Shown: positions 11,576 to 24,503 of the stretch, in pieces
How positions within the stretch are numbered: position 1 is the stretch's first letter
Layout: the number at the start of each line of letters is the position of its first letter
Assembly (NCBI GenBank): GCA_029717555.1
Contig: JAMDHS010000003.1
Location: 434,001-498,000 of the forward strand
DNA length: 64,000 bases
Reading direction: 5' to 3'
DNA from: Peribolospora baueri
Taxonomy: Eukaryota
The notes under the pieces: model-generated
Told to the model about the DNA's origin: nothing
The model's database searches: none
Seen by the model: the letters and a program-made list of their open reading frames with translations, nothing else
Program-made: the position numbers and the translations under genes

Positions 11576-13883
11576 CTAAAACTCGAGGGGCTCATGAGAC
11601 TGGACGTTAAGGTTGTCGTCGCGGCCCATTCCACCAGCACCGTCAGTGTAACCGGGCTCAGAGCTTGGAGTGGCTTCATCAGAGTGGGCGGACCCGGTTG
11701 CGTTGTTGGAGCTGACCTGGACACGGGAGCGCACCGCAAAGTTGCGACTTTCTGTAGGCGAGCCGGCGGCAGGAGGACCTCGAGGCTGGCGAACAAGGTT
11801 AGCGGCTCCAGCGGTAGAGTTGTTGCTGACGTCGAAAGACGGAGGCAACAACGGCACGGGGGGCACATCAGAGCCTTCTCCAAAAGGTGAATTAAACATG
11901 CTTGCGAGCCCAGCGGCTCCTCCGATGCCGCCCGCCTGGGGCCGGCGGCCGACAGTGACGGAATATCCATCGCGGAGGTTCGAGTTGCTCCTCCTGCCAG
12001 CCAGAGAGGCTGACGACCCTGGAGCCAGATGGCCACTAGGCGAATTGCTGTAGGTGTAACTGGTATCGCGCTCGCGCTTCATGTCGGGTGCCGACTTTTT
12101 CATACGAAGACCGGAGCGGCCCGTGGTGGCGGTGCCAAGGAAGTTGCCGTAAGGGCTGTTCTCGCTCGCAAGCAGGCCGTTGGGGTCCAGACGGCCCGAG
12201 CGTCCTATGGTCGATGCCTGCGGTCGAAGCGACCGACCTTCACTTTGGGGAACCGCGTTCTTGGTGACGACGACGCAACGCTCTTCGCCTTCACCCATGG
12301 AGTAGTGATAGAGTCCAAGCTTTTGGGCGACAAGGTGCACAGTGCGACGCTCCAGCGGACTCAGAGTCTTGGAGAAAGCGAGCTCATCGCGCATCCGGTC
12401 GTCCTTGAAGAGAAGGACGCGCGAATAGATCTCGAGGGTCTGCTGATCATTCATGTCCAGTTCTGCAAGTCGTCGTGCAAAGCATCACACAGACATTAAC
12501 AGATCAGCCGTAGATATAGCGAGAAAATGTCTGCGAGGTAATCATCATGTCTCACCATCTTTCTTGGATCCACCACCGCCTGACTTGTCGGAGAGAGCGC
12601 CAGCCTCAAATCCGTCCATGGCAGCCGGAAGGCCTCTAAGGCTAGCAGCAGTCAGGGGCACAGAGCCCGAGAACGCGCTAGTGTTGCTGTATCCATCGTC
12701 GGTCAAGGCATCCGAACTTGGGCCCTGCGAGTGCGCACCGCCGAAATTGGTCGCGTATTGGCCTTGGCCCTGAGCCTCAGCCTGCCGCTGACGCTCCTTC
12801 TCCAGCTGCATGCTCTGCATGCGCTTAATGGCCTTCTCCTTCTCAATACGCTCCTTTTCGCCAGCTTGAAGCACCTTTTTGTACTCCACCCGCAACTTGC
12901 GACCAGCAACATCATAACCGTTCAAAGCCGCCACCACCGCGTCAGCCTCCTCGGAAGAGCGGAAGTTGGCAAAGGCAAGTCCACGGAACACGCCGTTGTC
13001 ATAGTGGTAGTTGAAAGCGTACGGAATGGGAATGTGGAGATCCTCCTGCGATGGCGGTGAGGCATAAAGAAAGGAAAGGTTTAGCCCACATGAACATTCC
13101 TTCCTGGAGTCGCCGGGTTCCTCACGATGATTTGAAGCAGCTGCTCTTTCTGAACGCTGAAGCTAATGTTCTTAATGACTATGGCGGTGGGGATGACCCT
13201 GAAACGAAAGCAAAGCCACGGCAGAGTCAACGCACGCACACTTTGCCGAAAAACGCCAATTGGTCACTCACTCGTCGTTGCCCTGGGCCACAGCGCCCAT
13301 GAACCCAGAACCGGGCTGCGAAGGGGGGAAAAAGCTTTCCGAAGGCTGACCATATCCCTGGGATGGCGAAGCGGTGCCCGAAAGCGACTCGGTCCACGGC
13401 TAAATAGGTTATTGGCGCATATAGCAAAACATGAACAGCGCGGTTAAGTTGATGGCAACGAATCGCCTTCTAAACATAGACGCCGGTGCGACCACTCACT
13501 CCAACCCCTCCTTGCGGAACGCCGTATCCGGGCCCGAAGTTGTTGAAGTTCGGCATCTGGCTTGGAGGAGGCGACGAATAATCGTTTCCGAACAGACGTT
13601 CGAATCGCGCGGACGCGGACGGAGGCGAGTGTCCGTCGCGGCCTTGTGGCTGAGGCGAGCTACCGGTGGAATAGTTTGCTTGGGGCGCGAACAGGGAGGC
13701 GACGCTGCCATATCCCGGATTGGGCAAAGGGGGCGCCGGCGACGAGTTCATACTGCCGTGATTGAAACGTGGCATCGAGCGCTTTGGGCGCAGAGACGGA
13801 TGCACGTTGCCCGCATCGTCGGGACCGGGCGAAGACTGGATAGAGAGACCCTGGAGGCCCGCGCTGAGATCGTTGGCGGACAT
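11576..13883 (-). CDS. PIN4: RRM + R3H RNA-binding protein, Pin4/Cip2 family (multi-exon)
   Basis: RRM with VIPTAIVIKNI...PYAFNYHYDNGVFRGLAFANF...GRKLRVEYKKVL. R3H with LEIYSRVLLFKDD...LSPLERRTVHLVAQKLGLYHYS. Confidence 0.88.
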
Positions 13884-14724
13884 GTCCAAGAAGAGCGTCT
13901 AAAAATGCCGAGAATGCGGTGTTGATCGAGGCGAACGCTGGAGGCGAACAGGTGGCGGAAAGGATGCGAACACAGACGATGAAGGGACAAGCGTCAAGTT
14001 TCGGAGATGACACGCCGCCTGCAATAAGAGCGAAAGCGATCAAAACACCAGAAAGACAAGCACCGGGAAGGACTAGGGATGTCAAAGATGCCCGAAGCCG
14101 GGACGAGGTGACGAGGCGTGCGGGGAGACGAGGAACGAAGGCGAGAAAGTGCAGCGAGGAAGGGAGGGCGGAAGGAGGAGACGGGGAGGCTGAACCGTGT
14201 CTAATGGATCCTGAAGGTCGTCGAAGGTCGTGTCGAGGTTCGTGACAAAGAGAAAACAGAGCAGAAGCAGGTGTTCCCCTTCCAGCGTCGTTGAGCTTTC
14301 CTTCTGGTGGCCGGCCTTGGACGAGCGTTGCTGACGGGCGCGAGCGCGTTCAAAAGGAGCGTCGTGGCTGCTGCGGCTGCTGCTGCGGGAGCGGACGGAA
14401 GCCATCGAGCATCCCCACCTCAGCCGCGTGCGAAAGACGTGCGACCGGAGTATCCGAGATGATCGATCACGTTTCCTGCCTTCATTCGTGTCAAGGTCAA
14501 GAGCGACTTCTTCGATTTTCGTTTGAGGCATCGTAGACATATGGAAAAAGGGTGGAAGAAGAAAGGCCAGGCCAGCGCTGTAATAATCAGTCGCGAAAGA
14601 AAGAAAATGAAAAAGAGTTGTATCATGCGGGCCTCCAAAGCTACATAGCGCGAAGGAAAGACAGGGCAAAACAAGCTATCGAGGGCGCGACCCCGCAGGA
14701 ACAGTGTCCGGGCATCGAGGACTT

Positions 14725-15617
14725 TTAGGAAGCGGCCTGTAAGAGGTAGTAATGCACAAGATCGGAGGGAAAAAAAGCCGGAGACGTTGAGAAATTCGAA
14801 ATCCGATTCTCCGAAGGTCTGGGAGAGCGGCTGAAAACACTCACCATAATCGCATTGATCAAGTCACCGCCAGACTCCTTCAGCGCGCGCACGGCTTTCG
14901 CCCGGGAGCACGACACCTAGAGCAGCAATAACAATTGTTGTCAACAGTGAGCGCCGTACCGCGTGAGCGCCGTATCGCCTACGGCGTCGAGACTCGCCAC
15001 CATGAAAGCGCGGACGCACCTGCTGCATGACGAGATCGATGTCCTTGGGGTCAACTCCGGTCTCGTCCACTTCGCCCTCCTCCTCCTCCTCCTCCTTGTT
15101 CGCGCTCGCAGCCGCCATCTTGGCAGCTTCCGCCTCAAGCTTTTCCTGGCTCAACTGGGGACCGGCCGATGCCTGAGCGAACTGCGACATGTCCTCAGCC
15201 TTGGCCTCGCCAAACACGATGTAGCAGTCGCTGTTGGGCGACTTGTACACCTCGGCATTTTGGACAACGTACAGACCCTGCATATGGGCACACACAGAGC
15301 TGGGTTTCAGCGGGATACAGGAGCGAAGCGAGCAGACCGGCTTCCTCAGCGTTAAACTGGATGGAGGCCGCTGCCCGGCTGAGTCTACGGGCTGGTGCCC
15401 GCGGGATGGAGGTACTCACGCCCTTGGGCTTCCTCATGGTGACCCTAGTGACACCCTGAACACGCTTCAGGCCGAGATTCTGGAGGGCCTTGCGGCTCTT
15501 GCGCTCGGCGCGGCTCTGGACCCTCTCGTGGACAGCGCCGGACTCGGAGCCGGCGTCCGAGGCGATTTCGACGTTGGCAGTCTCGTCGGTAATCTCTTCG
15601 ATCTGAGCGGAAGACAT
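14725..15617 (-). CDS. EGD2: Nascent polypeptide-associated complex subunit alpha
   Basis: [44 protein letters not shown], and the UBA-like [32 protein letters not shown]. Confidence 0.95.
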
Positions 15618-16155
15618 GGTGACTTTAACACATCGGGAACGAGGATGGATGCCTGCAGTCAGTATATACGCCCCAGCAAAATGCTCGCATCATCGCCAAC
15701 TTGAAAAAGACTGCAGGCCCGGTAAAATCGTGCAATCGAGCTAAAGGTTGCCCGAGAGCACGCACGTCGTTCGCTTTGCCGCCTTCCTCCCGGCCCCCAT
15801 GCAAGGGCAACTCAATCGCCTACAGTATAAGACCCACGCCAAACTCACCTTCGGATATCTGGTTAGAGGACAGGTGGATAAATCGTTTGCTGTCTGTCTT
15901 CCTCGGCGATGACACCGGGCAGCGGAGGCGCGTGGGAAACAGTCGCTGCTGCGGCGACTACCATCCTTTACCACCGCCAAACGACGGCCGACCTTTCAAA
16001 GGGTGTTTTACAGTCTGTCTGTCTGTCTCTCTCTGCCCGTTTCCGTCTCCGTCTCCGTCTGCCTATCGTTGTGTGCCAGCCCTATTTAACGTAAGCGTGG
16101 CTGTATGAACAATGTCCATGCGAACATCGCACATGCTTCGATCTTTCTCCGTTCG

Positions 16156-17771
16156 TCAATGCCTCTCCTTCTTCCACATCTTCAACACTCGACCCTCTAC
16201 ACCGCTCCCGACCCACGTTCTCTCGCCCCTCTCTACCGCTCTTTCCCTCTCCTCCTTGCCCGTAGCACCAGTCTTTCTGCCGCCGCTCCGTCCCTCGAGC
16301 AGGTGCAAACCAACCAGCTCGAGGTTGTCCCGCTCGGCTTTGTGCAGCTTGGAAAAGTCTTGTGGCTGGCCTGGTGCACCTGGGGCGGCGGCACCAGTCA
16401 TCATGTTCATTTGGGCCATATCACGGGTACCGTCAGCGGCTGCCATTGGTGAGGAAAGGAGACACGAAGGCATAGGTCAGAGATCGGAGCTAAATGAACA
16501 AGGTGTGCTACGGCACAATCAAGAAGTGGGGAGTCCTGGTCTCACCATTGTCCTCGCCCAAAATGAGGCGGAATATCGTGTTGAGACCAAAGAGGTTGAG
16601 GAAATACCAACTGAGGGAAGACACCCAAGTGACGTCCATATCTGGCGTCTCGATGCTGGGAGAAGTTGAAGGGGACAAGGGGGTGGCTAATAAGTCAGAA
16701 GCATCGAAGCGAGCAGCTATTTACTGCAGGAAGTTCGAGGCAGGTAAACAGAAAATTACCCCCTCTGTAGCATCAGCTTGAACCTCATGGTGAGCGGGAA
16801 GGGAAGTTTGACTGTTGAAGTAGGGTTCAAGACTCCCGTCGAGTTAGAACAATCAAAATCGCGAAGACAACCGAAGTAGACTTGGCTCACTCAAAACGAA
16901 GCCCGAAAAGAAGAAGTTGATCCATCCCATGATGATAGTCTGAGGAACCATCATGACCATCTGTCTCTTCATGCCTTCCATCATGCCCTCCATCTGTGTC
17001 GGGTCGGTGAGCGGATTGGCTGGTGTGGGGGGCTTCTCGACAACATTGCCATCTGCATCCTTCTCGTTCTGCGGTGGCTCCTTGAGATAGGCACCAGAGG
17101 AGAGAGCATCAAGGAGAAAGGAGCGGCGGCCGAGGAATGATGAAGGGGGAATGAAAGGGTAGGAGGAGCGGAGGAGGGTCGAGCGAGCTAGAAGACGTCT
17201 GTGTGCGGCGCAAAAGAGCAATTACCACTAAAATGAGTTAATCGCGAGATTGGGGACTAGGTGCTCAGAGCCGAGAATCGGATAGCAACCCACTGCTCTC
17301 GTAGGGCAGCCAAAGGCTGCTTCTTAGGATTGCCAGTGATGAGAGTAATCACGTAGTGTCGAAGCAGGCCGACTGGACGTACATTCCACAAAAGCAAGTA
17401 ATGATAAGTGAGTCCTATCCGGCCGGCAATATTAACGGTCGCTGGAAGTCAGAGAAAGAGGCTAGGACCACAATGCTCACCAAGGACCATGACGATCGTG
17501 ATGGGGACCAGAACCCAATCACGAATCTGAGGACTGTTGAAAACGACGGAGCAGATACCATGCCAAAAAGTTCAGAGAGTCCGACATAGAAGCGGCCGGT
17601 CTGCCTCGCTCATCGTCAATATAATTGATACGCACTCCAAGTACAGTGATTGCCTGAATGGAGTGTAGGGAGGGCCCACGGAAGGGCAAAGCGACACGTG
17701 TGAGCGCATGGCATCCCATTTGTTTGCTCAGCCAACTTTCCGCGCTGGAGTGCTCACTCTTCGACCGCCAT
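16156..17771 (-). CDS. EMC3: ER membrane protein complex subunit 3 (multi-exon)
   Basis: Reconstructed MAVEEQSLYLDPQIRDWVL, PQTIIMGWINFFFSGFVL, KLPFPLT.RFK.MLQRG, DMDVTWVSSLSWYFLNLFGL. Confidence 0.93.
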
Positions 17772-18033
17772 CCTTTACCTGCCTTGACTATGAAAGATCG
17801 TCTCTCCAGACAATGCACTTCCGTCTCAAGAAATACCTCGTCAATGTGCCAGGTGCCTTGGACTCGAGCGTCGATGCGCCGGGCTGGCGAATGCTGCGCG
17901 TCGTGGGCATTGAGCACGAGTTAGGGTTAGAGATCGCTTCTTGTGCCGCCGCTCTCGCTCCCATTCCACACCCCGCCATCGCGTCTATCCGTCTCTTTCT
18001 CGTACGCAGCACGTCGAAGAAGGGCGAGGAAAC

Positions 18034-19132
18034 ATGTCCGCAGCTCACAGGCCGACCTGGACGCCCGCAGCGGTGAGTCTGCTGTTGTTTCCACCGTATC
18101 GTTGAAGAAGGAACGGGGTCGCTGACCACCCTGCGCTCGCCTTGCCGTGTGGCTCAGGGCAAGCTAGACACGCGCGGTGTCTCAAAGCAATATTCAGAGC
18201 GTGACATCGCGGCCCACACACGTCTCAAGTTCCGACAGCCTCCTCAAGGCGGAATCACTGCCTCATATGGCGGCCTTGACGTCTCTGGTCGTCGTGATCT
18301 CAAGGCCGAGCTGGAGCGCCGGGAGCAGGAGGCCAAAAACAATAAGCGGCGCGCAGAGGGCCTGCCGGAGGAACCTGAACCTGGGACGGAAAAACAGGCG
18401 GAAGAGGGTGATGAGGAGAGAAAGAGGAGAAAATTGCTAGAGGAGACGATCAAATTGGACGCGGACGATTCAGAGGAGAGCGATGAGGAGGAAAAGGACG
18501 CCAGAAGGAGGGCGAAGGGGAAGTGCAAGGCTGTGGAAGAGAATGGGTGAGTACCAATCTAAATTCATCATCTTATGGTGCAGTTTTTTTTTTTTTCTTA
18601 TGTGCGATGTTGCGGTTATGAAATGCTCTCAGGGACGCCACCCAAGCCAATGGTGCGGCCCACGAAGGTTCCGATGATTCGTCTAACTCGGACGACGACG
18701 ATGACGATGATGAAGACGACACGGCCGCCCTCCTTGCTGAGCTGGCCAAGATCAAGAGGGAACGAGCAGAAGAGGCGGCGCGACAGGAGCGAGACAGGGC
18801 GATGGCGGAGGAAGGGGCAGAAGTAGACCGAATTGCTAGGGGGAACCCGTTGCTGGACCTTGAGACCGCCGTCGAGGGACGAAGCATCGGGGGAGGGCCC
18901 GTCAAGATGGACTTTGGCGTCAAGAGGAGATGGGATGATGGTGAGTCGGCCTTTATCTAAATGGCCGTAGCTGGATGAGAGACTCATGCACGCTTTGGTG
19001 GTTTCTGTCAATTTTTCAGACGTCATCTTCAAGAATCAAGCCATCAATGAGAACAAGCCTAAGCCTGGCTTCATCAACGATCTCACCCGCACGGAATTCC
19101 ACAAGAAGTTCATGCAGCGTTATGTCAAGTAA
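18034..19132 (+). CDS. CWC15: Pre-mRNA splicing factor Cwc15
   Basis: [76 protein letters not shown]. Confidence 0.95.
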
Positions 19133-19297
19133 CCGGAATTCGTGGGAGCAGCGTTTGGTGCTCTGTTGTCGTCGTATTTGTAGTCGTTCCTTGGCACATA
19201 CGCCTGCGTCTCGCTCCATTGAATGGTTGTTTTGGACAACAGAAACCCGTCTGATTGCGGTCATGATCGATTATGTTGGCGCTCGAAAGCATCAAAA

Positions 19298-20223
19298 CTA
19301 AAGACCGAACATGGATAACCATCCCTTCGAGCTCCTTCGTCCCGCTGTCGTGGGTGTCTGCGTTTTTTCTGGTATTGGCACCTCCGCAGGCAACTGTTCC
19401 CGTTCCTGCTTGCGTTCCCTGGCCTCTTTTTCTCTCTCCTTCTCCGCCGTCCTTGCCATATCTGCTGCTTTGCGCCGTTCTTCCGCGTCTTTAGCAGCTC
19501 TCACGCTATCTCGCAGATCCTCTAGCCCTCCAGCGAGACCGCCCGCGACGAGGCCGATCAGGAGAGCGCGGTAGGACGTTTGACGGGGTAGTCGGTCTGA
19601 CAAGGAAGGAGCCGCGTCGAATGAGCGAGTGTCAGCGAGCAGGCCTTGCGACCTGAAAGTCCTTTATGGGCATTGCACAGCGATGAATGACACGCACAGA
19701 GAGAAGCCGCGCCGATACCCGTGCCCACGCCGGCGAGCGCACCGTCAATGAACCGACCTGTGTCCACCTCTTCGCCCGCCCGGCCTTCCACCGTCCTCCC
19801 TTTGGCCTTTCCCCCGACTCCTCTGAGCGCGTCATAGCCCCACGCGTCAACGACCAAGCCTGCGTATCTCCTCCTTGCGCTCCTGACTACCTCCTCGAGC
19901 CCAGCGAATGCTCCTACCCAGAGTGCGGTCCTCGTACCCATTTTCAATCCCCCTTTAATACCGGCCCAAAGGACGCGGTAGTTCTTTGTCTTGTGGTAAA
20001 AGTACCAGCCCGCGCGGTCGCGGGGAGTACGATGGGCATTCTCGGCACGGTATTGCAGGGAGGCTTTGGAAGAGCCGCTGTAGAGCCCGCCTGCAAAGCC
20101 GAAGAGGGCGCCGGCGGCGGGCAAGGAGACAAGTCGTGGCACTGGGCGAGGCGCATACGACGCTTCGTCCGAGGACGTGACCGAAATTGCTGCCCCTGCC
20201 CCTGCTGCTGCTGGGCCTGACAT
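19298..20223 (-). CDS. Conserved fungal Tim17/Tim22-like membrane protein
   Basis: Gly-rich transmembrane segments and the conserved QYRAENAHR.P....GWYFYHKTKNY motif. One intron. Confidence 0.7.
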
Positions 20224-20545
20224 GCTTGCCAAAGGCTCGTGTCGTTGAGATGCCTAGATGGATCTCCACGCTGGCTGTCCGAGGTTGCGTGGAGTCGGAA
20301 CTTGAGTGGGATGGAGACGAAGGGAGGGGCACAAGCCGTCGAAGGTGAGTGACCGTCGCCGAAAACGCCGCGAGCGAGCGACGCGATCGGTCGGCGGCAT
20401 TTCTTCAACGTCTTCGCCTTTCGCGTCTCGTCCTCCATCACCATCCACTATCACCATCACCGCCTTGGTCCTTTCTTTCACCTTCTCGTCAGCTGCGCAC
20501 TGGTTTTCTGACTGAAGGCTGAGGACCCCTGCAGAACTCTGCAAG

Positions 20546-23500
20546 ATGCCGTCCGTCTCAGCGACGCCAGCCGAGCTCTCTGCGTTGACCTCACTCTTCC
20601 CGCTCACCGACCCTGTGCCCACGCCATCCACCCATCCCTCCCTCATCCCCCCTTCGGACGTTGCCATCGAAGAAGACCTCAGCCGCAACCCTGACAACCC
20701 ACGTCAATGGTCCTCTTATATTGACCACATCAAGGAAACTAATTTTGAGGTCCGCACCATCCCTGATGAAGGCCTTTCTGAGGCACTATCCAACCTGTTG
20801 GGCCCTCTCGCTTCTGCGAAGGGCAGACACGGATTGCAGGCCATCGTATCCATCTACGAGCGTGCTCTCGCCGTCTTCCCCACTAGCTACAAGTGGTGGA
20901 AGGCGTATTTGGAGGCACGGTCGGCGTACGTGTTGGGAAAGGCCAAGAGACCGAGCAAGCAAGAGAAGACCCATCTTGAGTTGGGCCCTGATCTGCTCGA
21001 CAACGTGGAGGAGAGGGGATGGGAAGGTGGTTTGAATGGTGTCGTAGGATGGACAGAGTGGAGGGCATTGGTTATTGCTTATGAGCGGGCGTTGATGTGG
21101 CTCCCGAGGGTGAGTGGAGACCCGCTCATGCCAGCACGACGCTGATGTCCCCTTCGCAACTCTGATTCCTCACAACACATGTTTTCCCTCTCTTCGGCTC
21201 TTCTGGCACGCCCTTTAGATGCCCCGTATCTGGCTTGACTACCTCTCCATTTTCTCCCATCCTCGATGTCCGCCTCCCCTTTCTCACACCCACGCGCGGC
21301 GCACCTTCGATCGCGCCCTGCGATCGCTGCCCGGCAGCTTGCATCTGCGCATTTGGAAAGAATATCTTCTCTGGGCGGAGATGAGAGGAGGAGAGACGTG
21401 CGTGAGGGTTTGGCGGCGGTACCTCAAGGTAAGTCTATCCATCGAATCTTTTCGGGCTGCCTCTCGCAATCCGGTTTTCAGCGTCTGTGAGATGCTAACA
21501 TGAGTTTGTATGCAGGTTGACCCGTCTTTGACCGAGCGATATGTGTCCATCCTCCTCGCGCAACCCACCCCACGCGCGCTCGAGGCCGCCAAGCTCTTGC
21601 TGTCCCTTGCTCGAAAAGCTGCCTCGGGAACGTACAAGAGCCCGGATGGCAAGTCGCCGTATCAGCTCTTAACCGAGTGGCTCGACCTTTGTGAACGCTT
21701 CCCAGATGCCATTGGCTTTGACCCCGAAGAAGCTGAGGCGTTTCGGAAAGAGGTTGCCGAAAAGGAGGGTACTGAAGGGGACGGCAAAATGCAAGAGCTA
21801 ACCACAGGCCAAGTCGCACAGACAGGAACGAACAGAGGAAAGGGCAAGCATGCGGCGCCAGCAGCATCATATGACGCAGATGTGGATCCTGTCAGTACTC
21901 GGAAACTCGACGTGGAGGCAGTTGTCAAGAAGGAGGGTTTGGAAGTCTACCATGATCAGGCCGGTCGACTGTGGACTGGTCTGGCTACTTACTGGATCAA
22001 AATGGGCGAGTTGGACAAGGTAGGTAGGCCGTGAAGTGGCATGCAAGTGACTCCATATTGTAATTCTCATCACTATTTTTAATGGTGATCGCAGGCACGA
22101 GATACCTTCGAGGCCGGCATCAACTCGGTTGTCACGGTCCGCGACTTTACTCAAATCTTCGATGCGTACTCGGAGACTTCAGAACAAGTCATCTCCTATC
22201 TCATGGAGGAGCTCGCGAACCCAGATGATGAAGAGGATGAGGACGAGGAGGAAAGTCTGGAAGAGAAGGAGGAGGACCTTGACCAGAGGATGAAGGATTT
22301 CGAAAGGCTCATGGACAGACGACCGTTTTTGGTCAATGACGTGCTCTTGAGGAGGAATCCGCACGACGTCCAAGAATGGGAGAAGAGAGTCGCATTGTGG
22401 GGAACAAACGACGAGAAGGTATGTTGTCATCTGTTGGCTCTGTTCCAGTTTGAACGCTAGTTTGATCAATGTTTGGCGACTTCTCTTCCCTCATCAGATT
22501 GTGGAGACGTACACCAACGCTATTGCGACGATCAATCCACGCAAGGCAACTGCAAATTTCCATCAGCTCTTCATCAACTTTGCAAGGTTCTATGAAGAAG
22601 GTGGCTCTGAGGGAGACGAGTCTGCAGCTGATCTGGCCAGCGCGAGGAAAATTTTCGAGAAAGCCACGACAATTCCGTTCAAGAAGGTGGACGAGTTGGC
22701 AGAAGTGTGGTGTGAATGGGCGGAGATGGAGGTGCGGAACAGGTGGGTGCGGACGGGCATGGGGCAAGGACGTTCACTCCGGGTAATTTCCGACGCTGAC
22801 GATTCACTCGTACGCACAGCAATTATGACGAAGCTATTCGCGTCATGCAAAGGGCGACTGCGCTCCCGAGAAACACCAAAGTCAGCTTTTATGACGATGT
22901 GAGCACCCGCTTCCGATTCTTTTTAACTGGAGTTAGGGGGCCTTTCCTCATCCTTCCGCTTCTCAACAGAGTCTCCCTGTCCAAGCTCGTCTATTCAAGT
23001 CCCTGAAGTTATGGGCGTTCTATGTGGACTTGGAAGAATCCATCGGATCTGTGGAAACGACAAAGAAGGTGTACGACAAAATCATGGAGCTCAAAATCGC
23101 CAACGCCCAGGTTATTGTCAACTATGCCGTTTTTCTGGAGGAGAACAACTACTTCGAAGAAGCCTTCAAAGTGTACGAGCGCGGCGTCGAGGTCTTCACT
23201 TATCCGATCGCTTTCGAGCTCTGGAACGTTTATCTCTCCAAGTTCGTCAAACGATATGTGAGTACACGAGGTGGATCTCTGTCCTGTAGGTTTGCTCTAC
23301 TGACTCCTAGCTCTGACGCGCTCGCAGGGAGGAACGAAGATCGAACGAGCACGGGACCTCTTTGAGCAAGCTCTCGACAAGTGTCCACCACAATTCTGCA
23401 AGCCTTTGTACCTGATGTACGGTCGACTGGAGGAGGAACACGGCTTGGCGAAGAGGGCAATGGACATTTACGACCGCGCTACATCCGCCGTCTCCGACGC

Positions 23501-24350
23501 GGATCGGTTCGATGTGAGCTTTCGAGGTCTTCATTTCTTAGCCACCGCTGTGTCGGCGCTACATAATGTCCACCTTCGCGACTTACTCAACCTCCGTTCT
23601 GGGTTTGTACGTTTTCATCACCAGATGTACACTTTCTACATCGCTAAAGTAGCTGCCAACTTCGGGCTGGCTGCGACTCGCCCGATTTACGAGCGCGCCA
23701 TCGAGGTCCTTCCGGACCGTCAGACGGCCGAAATGTGTCTTCGCTTCGCCGGCCTAGAGCGCAAACTCGGCGAAATCGACAGGGCTAGGGCCATCTACGC
23801 TCATGCCAGTCAATTCTGTGATCCGAGGGTGAGTCACTTTCCTTCCAAGCCTTGACGACGGACTCGTACGATGATTGGCGCGTTTTCTCTTCGTTCTGTA
23901 ACACAGACGCAGCCAAAGTTCTGGGAAGAGTGGAACGCCTTCGAGATCGAGACAGGTTCGGAGGACACCTTCCGCGAAATGCTTCGCATCAAGCGGTCGG
24001 TGCAGGCTCAGTTCAACACCGAGGTGAGTAGGCAGTTGCCAGACTGCCCACGGCCGAAGTCTTGAGGTGGCCAAATCGCGGCCCGCATCGACTGATCCAC
24101 TTCACATCGCCATCGGTCGCAGATCTCATACCTCGCCTCGGCCCTCGCGGCGCGCCAACAGCCGCAAGAGGCGGCTACAACGGCGAACGCGGGCGATGCA
24201 ATGGCACAGGCCGAGGCGGCCGCCAAGGCCAACAAGCCTGCCCTGGCCTTCGTCGCCGCTACCAAGGCGGCGGGTGCGCCTCAGGCGGCGGAACCCGTGC
24301 AAGCGGCGAACCCAGACGAAATTGGCGGGGATGACGAAGATCTGTTGTAG
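20546..24350 (+). CDS. SYF1: Pre-mRNA splicing factor Syf1 (HAT repeats, multi-exon)
   Basis: [107 protein letters not shown]. Confidence 0.96.
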
Positions 24351-24503
24351 TCGTGTAACTTGCAAGTGGAAGGGGGACGTGGATTCATTCTAGCGCCGCT
24401 TCAACAACACCAACGTTCTCATTGTGGACAGTGGCGAAAGCAAACCCGATTGTCGAGACAAATTCTAGGATGACAGAAGGGTATAATGCATCGTTCGTCG
24501 CCC

